A DNA stretch of 64,000 nucleotides from Phoronis australis (lineage: Eukaryota; Animalia; Phoronida): NCBI GenBank assembly GCA_002633005.1, contig NMRA01000529.1, positions 237,768 through 301,767 on the forward strand, written 5' to 3'. The first letter of the stretch is position 1, and every line of letters starts with the position of its first letter. Positions 40,201 through 52,200 of this stretch are shown here, piece by piece. The notes below the pieces were generated by a model. It made no database searches. It saw only the letters and a program-made list of their open reading frames with translations, and was not told the origin of the DNA. Both the position numbers and the translations under genes were made by a program.

Positions 40201-43200
40201 CACGGTCACCTGAAAAACCTGTTACAGTGGCATGCATTTCCAAACCTTACTTACCTGGGACATACACATGTGATGTCCAGCCTTTTACGCGATCTAATGA
40301 CTCATAGGATGTAAACGTGCTGCACAGTTCGCACGTTCTTGACGTTTCGTCGAAATTAAAACCGACACAAGTGTACGGGAAGTTGGACGAGTTTGAGTTC
40401 TTGCGTGTGTCAGCACATACGAAGGCACAGTATGCGGCACTAGAGGGTGTGGCAGCATCTGCAAACTCCCAGGCACAACCGACAATCCTGGTATTCCGGG
40501 ATTCGTTGAATAGGTGCAGAACACCTAGAAGACCAAGACAACAATGAGAGCGTTTTGTGAAAATCACTAGTACTTAAGTTAGGCCATGTTTCATTTTATG
40601 AGATTTGTGTTTGGCGACCCATCATCTGGTCTCTTTCATACATATGCAAGTCAATTCTGATCTGATTAATGACCAAGTTTGGACCATGAAACGATATCAA
40701 TTCAACAGGTGGACTAGTAATAGTCCGGAAAAATTACTAGAACTTTAGTGGCTTTAGGTCGTTAACTTTGCATTGTGATATACATGTACATGTTAACGAT
40801 TTGTTTTCGTTGAGGTGTTGCGTTCTCAGCGCTAAGCGATGAAAACGTGGAGAGTACTAAACCTTTTGATTTCATTCACACATCGAGTGTTCGTTCAAGA
40901 CTCGCACTATAGATAATCGTGTAGGCTATGATTTCGGATTTCAACAACATGAACCTTTAGTGGATGTAGACTTCGGAAAGACAGAGATATAGAACATCAT
41001 CCACTAAGTGGATAGGATTTCGCCATTCGTAACATTCCACTGGGTTTGTGAATATCGTAAGCTGGGTAAAGCACGAAACCTTTTGGTTCTACAACCGACT
41101 TGGGCAGTCTGATAGTCAAGTCAGTAGCGTTGCTGCTTCTGTCGACTCCAGCATTGTACAACGCCTCCACCGACCTCTGTTCCAATCCACTTTTCCTTGC
41201 GCTACTGACAACTTGAATGCCACTGACTTTGTCCGTTGCGTTAACGCCTTCTTGAAAAACTGCTATGGCAATGTTGGGTAAAACGTCTACAAAACTCGAG
41301 TTTGGGTCAAGTTGAATTTGGCTGGCAATGGATTCTAGTATCTTCGTTAACCTACAAAAAGTCATTAAGAGCTTGCTATACAGATATAACCGTAGTCGTA
41401 GATTTAATACGTTTCCTTGCACTTCCCGTAACGCAAAAATGCTGCTAACACCATCTGATTACCATCTGATTACCATCTGATTACCATCTGATTAATCATC
41501 AGTGAGGGACATTATACATGCCGTTGAACCACATTGACGAATTAAGGTTTTGAGGACTGACCAATAAGAAATTTGAAAAGCTGATCATTTGACCATTAAC
41601 GTAAACTCTGTCCATTCCAGTTGACCCAAATTTCTAAAACTCTCTAAGCTACCCCTGATGGCCACCAACTTTGAGCTAACCGGCTGCCACAATTGATGGC
41701 AATAGTTTTGTGGGGATGCTCTCGTTGCTGATTGAAGCCCTCTGAAGATGTATCTTACTTAGCATAGTGGATAATATGGGACTGCACTAAGGTCTGTGAG
41801 AGAGTATAGACTGTATCGTCGGGTCAAAACGTGAAAAATTCATTTTCTCCAACGAACATCTTCATTGATCTGTTTGAAGACCTTTGATTGAGCATTGAAT
41901 AACTACAAACCTCGGCACTGTATCGTACAGAAACATCACATAGCGAGGCCGTGGCATTAGAAAAGGAAACGCCAGCTGCTTTACAGAGCGCCACTTCTGT
42001 TTGAGTTCGGGAAGATCATGCAATGACTATACATGGTGCATTAGTCCGCAGGTGCACCACTCCAAAGGTATATTTATTCTAAAGTTCGTTAGTCCGAAAA
42101 ATATATATTTTAGACTCGGCAGTATTTTTCAGTTCTTCTACATCCAATAATAAACATCACTTCGGTTGACAGACTCAGTAGCGCAGGTTAACACAGTGCA
42201 GGGCTGGAGGACCAAGTGCTTCAGAAAATTCCGATCCCAAAGAAAATCCCCCAACATTTACTACGTTGACGTCCTTGGATAGAAGTTACAGCAATGACGT
42301 ATGACCTATGTAGAATGGTACACATTAAACACCATGGTCATAAACGCTTGGAATCGGTTACCAACAATTGTGATGTTCTACTTTTAAGTATTTCTTCTTC
42401 AATTTATGCACTTCTAATCAAGAAATAAATGCAAAAATTTAAGAGACAGTCCATATAAAAACCAGTAGATTTTCAAAAATCAGTCTATACGTCAAAATTT
42501 AAAATAACTTCATTTTTTGTACATGAGTAGGTATCCTAACATAAATCCAAATGCCAAATTTTGTGCACTCAATGACTCCTAATTTCGCCGCTGGAGCATG
42601 ATAACACAAATTGGCACAATTGGGCATATTAGCCGTCTCAAAAATCGCATGTTTTCAGCAACAAAAATGAGTAACATACAAAATAGATCGAAAGCTATAT
42701 TTTGGTGGCTGAAATAACCAACGTATACTGTACATAATTATGTGCCATTTATCAAAATCTGACAGTTTTGTGCTAGACAGGGGAGATAATCCACAGACCA
42801 CTTTTGGGGGCTAATTTTAGTGGCCATTTTTGTGACCTTCTCACTGCCATAAAACACCTTGTAGCCTTATGTGACGTTTTGAACGTACAGTTAAAGAGTT
42901 AGTCTTGATGACTGAGCAATAAAAAATCTTGCCTCAACTTTGCACCTTAGTGAAAATTGTCTTGCAAAACTGTCTATTTTCATAGTTTGGAAATGACGAA
43001 CAGACTTTACAGACCATTTGAACAAACTTTTAGGCAAGAAGTCTGCTTTACATAGTCATAGAAACAAAGTCTAAACTCTTTCAAATGAAAACAAGATGTT
43101 TTCCGGATTTATTACGCGGCTAGTATCAAAACTGAACCCGATGACCTTTGCCCACCTTTGAGGGAGTCAGTTGAGGTTAAGCTTGAGGATATATAAAAAA

Positions 43201-46200
43201 TGTACGTGTAACCCTCTTGTATTCTTTCATTTCTTTTACATTATCAGGTTAATTTAAACACCCTGTAGAAATTTTAAATGGAAATACATGTAGATGCCTT
43301 TAAGATTAAACGAGAATGAATTGATAGTTGTAATGACTGGTTTTGAGAGAAGCAAGCGCATTTTAAAAAGACAAAATGGCGGACGATTTCGATGGGCCTT
43401 CATGTTCCTTTAGAGTTTATTCTGCAAAAAATCCGATCACAAAAGCTTTGTGCTTTAGTGAGTTATGTCAAAGACACCACAGAACATTTGCGATACAGGA
43501 AACTACCTCCTAAAACAAGGCCTGTGCCAGAGTACGCACTCGTACTACCCAGATTCGGTGAATTTCTGACTGAACAGGACCAGTCATGGAAGAGTCAGGT
43601 AATGCTGGATGTTACCACTCTGCTACTCTCCTCCTGAACGTAGCAGCCTTGTCAAATTCTACCGGCATTTCTGTTTCGAGATATGACTTAAGTAAAAGTC
43701 AGAATGGAAAGGATCTCTGTGATGGCAAGATCGCTCCACTCAAACAACATGCAAAGTACTTTGCAACCGAAGGTAACAATATCATAAAGTTTCTGGATTT
43801 GAAAGAAGCATTACTTTCCACTGGCCATGTGAAGGGATGTTATGTGTATGCATGTTCAGTCAATGCAACAAAGTCTTTTCCAAAATACTCAGTTCCTGGT
43901 ATAAGCACATTCAAAAATTCCCACTATTCCACCCAAGGAATTCGCGTGTGGAAATCATTCCATGCAGGTGACGGTAAGTTCGTACAAGTACTGGGAAAAT
44001 GGGAAACCTATTTCTCTAAAATACACTAACATCTCTAGACGTGGCGGATTTTCATTACCAAGAATTAAGGTTGGCATTGTATCTAGTGAAGAGCCTCAAC
44101 AAAGTTCCCTTGTACCCAGCAAGGTTACTCGAATTTTTTCTTGCTACAGACGTAGAACTAGGTCAGCATTTGGATGTGGGTAACTACACTGAACATTTAC
44201 AGAGGGAAACCACGTATGACCACATCGCACGGCAGTGGTCAGAAGTGCTTTCAGATGCAAGAACCGGAGCGTCATTTGAGGCAGCCTCAGAGTACTATTT
44301 GGATGAGACGAATGATGAAGCAATAGGTTAGGCTTTGAAAACAGGTAACGTGTCAACAAGATTTTAAGCAAAGGTAAAGAACTTTGTGACGAACATATTC
44401 GATGAAGGAGATAAGTCAGGTAAAAACGTTCACCCTCGGAAGACCCAAAATGGAGAAAACATTACGAGAACCCACTGGTAAAGTGTTTACCTGTGATATT
44501 AAGTGAATCGCATATTGGTGGATTTTTTCGAGGTTGTCTGCAGCAATGTTTATGACGATGCAATTTCTGCTGAAGATGTTGTTATATCGTTACGTTTACT
44601 GAATGAAGTGGTAAATGAGCTCAACGGTTAGCCTAGTTTTGTATCATACCAGTCAAAGATGTGTGATATATGAAGTCGAGACCGTTACTTCTGTTTACTT
44701 CATGTCTGTCATGAATGAGTCATTAAAAAATTGTCTCTCGTGAATCATTTTCTAATGACTGTGAATGTGTACCTTTTTATACCACTGATGATCACACTGA
44801 CAGAAATATTCAGCGTTAGGGTGCCTGGTGTGTGGGGGGAACACCAGATTTCTGGCGACTGGTGGCGACTAATATTTGTAGAAACCAGCAGGGACATTAC
44901 AATATGAACCCAAAGTTACAATGACTATTGACAAGTTGAAAGATTTTTTGCACTGAACACTAGGGGGGCCATATCCACCTTGGGTGCCTTCCTTTGCCTG
45001 TGGCACCAACAAGGCAGATAGAAAACAAGGCAGGGGTGAGTTCAGTAACACTAGAACCTCTTTAAAATTTATCCAAAACCACGTGTTCTCATTTGAAATG
45101 CAGGGCAATATCTCGCGAAGTCTTGAATTATAGTAAGGTACTCGTGTTACTGCTCTTATTCTAGATGCGTCTTCAGTCTCTACGCAAACAAAAGCAGCGC
45201 CATCTACTCATTTAGAACCCCGCATGCCAGTTGATTTACGTTACATATTTTTTGTAATAAGCAATAATCATCAATGCCGTTTTCAGAGAATGGTAATTAA
45301 TAATGCTGTCTGCCTTTTCTCCAAAAACAAGGTTTTTATTTCGTGTTTCGCAAGCTAATTATATGTTCCAAGAGCCCCCTATTGGCAGCAGAGGCAACTG
45401 AGAACATGCAAAAAGGACGAAGTGCATTTCGTGTAATGCTTCGTACGCATAAACTACATTAGAGGCAAGATTTTTTATTTTAGATTATAAACAGGTTAGG
45501 AATGACTAAACAAATTATTATAAAGTCAATTTCAGAAAAGGTGCGTTATGGCTTCTACAGAGTGCCAAATTTGGCCGAAAATGGCTTCAGTCAAAACCTG
45601 AAAAATAGCCGTTTTTGCCTCACAAATTCAAAACGCACAAATTTAAAAATGGATTTTGAAAATTATGCCGTTGAATTATTCAGCCACTGCGCTTTCATTT
45701 CGTATTATTAATTTGTTTTGACCTTATCACACATGCTAGTAAAATGCATTCAAACAGGCCTACTTCAACGCCCAATTTTGTTGCAAAATGGAGGTACAGG
45801 TCATAAAAAGAAAAATAATGAATGAAAATTCTTAAAAAGTGAGGTTTTTCTACATCTCAACAAACCAAATTCATGTGCTAAGTTTCAAAAAAATCGGTGA
45901 TTTTGAGTATAGACTCTACCTGTTGGTTTTTATATGGAGTCACTCTTAATAGTTAAAACGTTTTTGTGACGTCATCAGTGGATCTGGCCTTGTCTCGAAA
46001 ACTGATATCGCCTGAGTATTATGAAAAGTTGCATGTGTGAAGGGTGAATTAACAGCAATATGACAAACAAGATTTCAGTTTTTGCGTTTCCTGATATCGT
46101 TCGGTAATGACACAGGCCCGTGCGACTGACACTACACAGTGGGGTAAGTGATGAAAAGTTCTGCGGCCACTCTGTGCTCAGCAAACTATGAAGAATCGTG

Positions 46201-49200
46201 CTTCGATATGTCACAGAAATGGAGATTTGGCGAACGTTTTCCAACGTGTAGATGTATTTGATGGAGAAAAAGTATACTTCTCTTTTGTTCCAGACAGAGC
46301 ACCGTAGGGGGCTGGGCGGCTATAGCCCTCCCACTTATTTGAGTGTAGCACAGCCAATGTAAAAACTTAAGTTTACAGTTTCAAAAACATATTTCTCAAC
46401 ACTAAAAAGCTTAGAAAATTAAATCGGGATTCATCAAAAGGCTTTAATTACCACTCTGAAATCAGTACTGTCCGCAGACTGAGCAGGCTCTGATTTGGCT
46501 CACATGCAAAACACAACGTTGCGGAGGGGTCGAGTTCGTACAGCCTTAAACACGCAATGTGGGTGCAGAAAATACTTAGAGCCAGGGACAGTACGTACAT
46601 TTGCGCTGTAGCGCTACAAAACGTTAATACAGACCTCATCTCGCAAGTGCACATCGAGGGGAGCACAACCTTTTCGAGAGCTTAAAGTGTAAATTGCAAG
46701 GTCTCAGCCAATCTGAACAACAATATGCTCTAAATTCGTGTTTATAATTATTCTTGCTATATTCTTAACATTAACTGAATTGTACGTCGCTATAAAAAGT
46801 TATTTACATATTTGTTGCCGTGGCGTTGCAACGCCTTGTTGTAACGGAAAATAGAAACGGCGCCATTTTCCTTCGTTACACATCTATGACGTGGTGTTGG
46901 GGAACACAAAGAAAATAATATGGATCCCAGTGAGTACAGCAGCGTAGATGAAGAATATTTTGAAAGATACAGGGAGGGTCAGGTGGAGTTTTCAGACGAT
47001 TCTGACGTTTCGGGTGTGGAGGAGGAGGCGATAGACCCCATAGGAACAATTTGTGCTCACACCTTCTCTCTAGTAGAACCGTTTTCCCTCGATCCCCTTG
47101 CTCCGGTTGTCGACGATCCAGCCCCAGCCGGTTCGTGCAGTGAATATCAACGGGCAGAAGGTGCGCAGGAGTTGCGACAGAATGTTAGTGACTGGTAAGA
47201 ATATTATAAATATGCATCATACTACCGCAAATTACTACTTGGTCTTTTTTAATTTTAAGTTCAGTAGCTTTACCGGTCACTCCCAGGCGCTCTCGTCCCC
47301 ACTGATGAATCATTTTTCAGCCGTGGATAAGTACCAGTTTCAGTGATAAAAAATGGGACTCGTTGCACTTACGCAAATCACTCAACAATGTGTGGTCTTT
47401 CATTATTTGTAGACAGTGGCGCATTGGTTTGGGCCCCGGACTCTTGTTTGTGAGACTCGGGTTCGAATCCTGGCTTTCACTGGCAGACAATTGGGCATTG
47501 TACGAAGTTGTCTCCTACTCCCCTGAGCTCAGTCTTACTAGTGAGTGAATAAATGTATGCATGGGAAAGAATGAGAACCACCTCCCAATACTCAACTGTG
47601 TAGTGTAAACAAGAGGAAAAAAGAATTGCAATTTTGCAACTTAGACTTTCTTACCTGGGGGCCGGAGGGAATTCCATGGGTTATAAAACAGGTCACTTCA
47701 TTTTCATACTCTAGGGCCAAGTCAACTTGGACCCAGAGCAATGTACACACGTTTTTCTAACCAGGTTTAGTTTGTGTAAGTCAATGCTTTCATGCCTATG
47801 TACCTAATGTTGCTGTTATTTGTGAAAATTGGTACATGGCTTGGGTGCGAGTTGACTTGGGAAGGAACCGTCTGGTAAAGTTTCTAAAGAGTATAGAAGG
47901 CATCGGATATTGAGAAGTTTTTAAAAATGTTTACTGTAATATTCACGATTATTAACAAAACAGACCCCTCCATCAATGAATCAGGTGTCAGCAAATCAAA
48001 CTAAGTATGTCCATTCCTATATATATATCCCCCAGGCATGATCTGCCACTGCCCTGGGTGTAGCAGTATTCATTTGTATGAAAAGTAAATATCTTTACTA
48101 TTTATGTGATGTTTCAAAGCTTGTTTTTTGGAATTTAGTTTCATTTTTGTTCTGTTTTAAACAGGTCGCTGCTCAACAATCAGTCTTCTCGAAAACTGAG
48201 GTCATTGCAAACCCTCAATTAATTTGGCCGAGACACTCTTGGTAAATCAGTAATTTTTTCAATTCGACATTTTGATGTTTACTAAAGTAATGTATACATA
48301 TTGTCACATCTTGCAGGTGCACGTGTGACAACTGTCAGACTACTGCAGTCATTGAAGAAAGAGTATGTTGTCAAGAAGTCGACAAAGTTATTGCTAAACT
48401 TGAGGACGAAATGAAGAGGGACAACTTAAACGGAAGAAAAAAATGTATCGTGTACCATGGAAGTTTTCAACCTGTGTGCATCAATCGTGATGTTTTGGAG
48501 ACTGCATGGTTGCAGTATAAAAGCCAATATCCGGATGGCTATGACGGACCCTTTGATAAAAGGATGCGACACATAGCCTACAGACAGTTCCAAAGATGGG
48601 TGCATGGTCACCTAGGACGAACTGTCCGTGTTGTAATTCCAGCATGCGCAGTAGCCTGCATCAGAGCTTTTTACCCTCCACCGGGAAATGAGGAGGACTT
48701 TGAGTTTCAAGGGTTTTCTTATTAGTTTCATTTATGTATATATATATCGAGTTGTCTTATCCCTGGAATGCCAACTCCAGCTCATTACCTAAGTACTCTA
48801 TTACTAAAACTTGTGACTCGGGGAGTATCTACTTTGGACGAGTTGAAATAAGTGACAAGTTCCATAGAGAGAACAAATATCCTAACAAACGAATGCAATC
48901 ACAGCGCAATCTCAGTGGTACAAAAATGAAGTTGGCATTCCATGATGGATTTCTGTGTTTTCAGAATGGTAAACAATTGACAAAGAAAGTAGCATATATT
49001 GATGTTCAGGAACTTATAGTGACATGGTCATGACAAGTGTAATGTTACTAGAACTACATTATAAACCTCTAAACTCAACATCAGTTATGGTTTACTTAGG
49101 AATTGGTCTCACTGGAGTTGTTAGTGAGTTTCAAGTGAACACATTCAACAATATTGCTGTTACATAAAAATCTGGACTATTGTCTGAGGTAGAGACTGAA

Positions 49201-52200
49201 TCTCCTGCCCTCTTCTTATACAGTAGGACTCGTTACATTGGTAGTGCTTCATTGGAAACTAGAAAGGCTAGCATGCATTAATTCCTGTAACGCCTCCAAG
49301 TAACTTTGACTTCGATGAAATATCTGTCTCACTGGCTCCAACTTACCGAGTTCTACTGTAATTCAACAAGACATTAACTACCATGACGTGGCAAAGTACT
49401 GAATTTCCACCCAAAAGCTACAGTATGCAATAGCTTCAGATGTCTATGACATGGTATAAAACACACAAAATTATACACATGTATAGGAAGTGAGAAATCT
49501 GGAGAGAGTGCTTGGACCACTCGCAAAAAAACTCGCAAGAAAATGTTAGACAGTAGAGTTGGGATTCTGTGCAAATGATTATTCTGTCGTACAATTTGAA
49601 TGATATTGGCAGACACGAGAAGACTGACGACCCATGTATATTTTCATCACTACCAATGTTTTAGGGTTTTTTTTTTAAGCTGTACAGATAGCAATGCTAG
49701 AGTATTTATAGTACCAGTATTGGAAATCGTGAAACACTTTTGAGCGTGCCATATGGCTGTCCGCTTTGTATAAACCCTGCGACATACTATGTTCTAACAT
49801 TGAAACATTTCAATGTTACTTCAATATAATGACTATAAATATTGTGGCATAGCTTTTAGGTTTATTTGATTAACAGTAAACTGTTGCCGTCCCATATAAT
49901 GCATCGGTAAGGGGGCGAAAAGGTACCTGTGTGGGTCGTCAGTCTTTTCGTGCCCCAATATCATTCATTGTCATGTATGTGATGGAAAGAAATATCAGTA
50001 CTGTCCATTGACAAAACAAGCAGTCTAATTGAATTTGTCTGGATATCGGCTCCTCATCCGTGCCACGGCCTCCTCCTTGGACACGTCTGGAGCACCAGCA
50101 CTCAGCATTGGAGGGGCGTCAATTTCCAAACAAATTTCGAGGTCACTGGCTTCTCTTTTATTTCGCAACAAGTGTAACGTATTCTTCCTTACTTCGTTCA
50201 CATACTCTGAAAAGCACAACTGCAATTTAAAGTAAAAATCATTTTGAATCAATGATTTAAGTTAAACACGACGTCACCTAAGTGCAAGTTTTCGCCTACT
50301 TTTATAACCTTCAAGCAAAGGCCAAAACCAGAGTTAACCCTGTTTTATTTTTGAAGCAGGTTACTTTAATAATCAAAACCGTGCAACTTAAGTACCATCG
50401 TTAGAACAGTTCAAACTTTTGTCAGCACACCACCATCTATTACTTGGTTGACAAAACCCCACAAAGAACCTCCTGATGCTCAAATACAGTGGTCTCTGAA
50501 GCGCACCATAGCCTCGTAGGGGGCTGGGGGGGGCCTGTAGTAATAGCCGAGATTACCCGACTCAGGAATCGAACCCACGACCCCCATAAAACCGGCAAGC
50601 GTGCTAACCATTCAGCTAATAGGCAATTTCCCATTAGCGAGTAGCTAACAGAGGCTCATATGATTCACCGGAAGCACATCTACAACAGGGCTATAGTACA
50701 TGTATGTAGTTACTTCAGAGCTGGGCCGCCCATCGGCATGGGCGGTGTGCACCATAGGGGGCTGATGGTATTGTCCCCCCAAGTGCTGCTCTCCCCATAG
50801 TACCAGGTGTATATCTCCACTCTAATTTGGCTGAAGACAATGATTCTCAAAAATATGATACCCTAAATGATCCTTACTGACTTCGCGTGACTTGACTTTG
50901 AGAACCATCAGCAAATGAAATTGCATTGGGTCAACATGATGCTCAACTAGCGCTGCTACACACACAACACCAAGAACAGTTGAATCAACAAATAGCCTAC
51001 TGGGCAACATTCCAAAGAAATACCACCGGCAACACTCAGCAATTGTTGACCGCGAGAACTATGGTGATTGCGAAAAAAGATCGTTATAGTTCAAGCACTG
51101 AGAAAGCGTCATGGATATAAGCCATAAATTATGAAGATAACTTACCTTTTCACAAGACCAGCTTCAAACTTCATGATATGTTTGTCGTCGAAGCAGCCGT
51201 CCTCAAAGTGGTCGGAGCATATTTCGGCTCCGACAGACTGGCCGACTCGACAGTCATTTTACAATGACGAGCAGTGCACACGAAAACGTGCCATTTCGCG
51301 GCCAGATGCTTGTCTTTGGGAAACCTAAATAGGGTCACGCCTTCCACCTGGCTGGTGTTAGCACAGTTGGCGCACACACACCGATGTACCATGTCTAAAT
51401 CACGCCAAGATTGAACGCTCCTTGTTCGTCTTCCACTGTTTTGTATGGGCGGTAAACTGCATTGTGGGATATTGATCTAGTTTGTGTTCCCCAACACCAT
51501 GTCACGGCGCCAAAGGTCAACTTTTCGCGGATTTTTTTTTAATTTTCGCTTTTTAACGTAACTACAGACACAATAACATGATAATTGGAAGAAGATATAT
51601 CCAACTAACAATATCTTGAAAATATTATTACAATTTAACATACTTAGACCTTGCAATTTACACTTTAAGGAATTTTAGTAGTTGTCCGCATTTATACTCG
51701 GTATAATTAAGTGTAAAATGTAACTGATGAAACCATTTCACGAAATAATAAGCATTAGTTGCCAGTATCAAAGCTGATATTTTGATAACCCATCAACAGT
51801 GAAATTATTGAAGGAAATAATTTTGAAGGCAAATAAGTTGAATACACAGTATTTAGTTGGCAGGGTAACAAATTGGATTTGTGCATTCATCTGCAGTTCT
51901 AATTTTATTGTTGTTTATTACTGTAGCTCAACAACTGATGTGGTCCCATGTCAGACTTGCATCGTTCAAAATCTTTTCAAAAGTTCGACTGTTGCTCCTC
52001 ACACAACGTTGAGAACTGAATCTCCCCTAGCGCTATTCAAGTGCAGCGCTACACTTGCTACAGTGTATCAGCAGATGTCATACTGCGTTTTTAAGAGACA
52101 GTTCACAGTAACGTAAAAAGTCTTGGCTGGTCGACCGGCAAACACATGGTAGTGAATCTAGGGATTGACTTGATTATCTTTATGGTTTCCGGGCACATCG

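Larger units (their letters stand above)
46686..51664. mobile_element. Kolobok-type DNA transposon (non-autonomous) carrying two convergent genes
   Basis: TTAA at 46682-46685 and 51665-51668. Perfect 19-bp TIRs AGTGTAAATTGCAAGGTCT. THAP gene remnant on the minus strand and a Cys-rich gene on the plus strand. Confidence 0.88.

Noticed and set aside
50560-50624. Possible tRNA gene (also 47412-47475)
   Set aside because: A and B boxes are present but acceptor and anticodon stems are not convincing; better explained as SINE heads.
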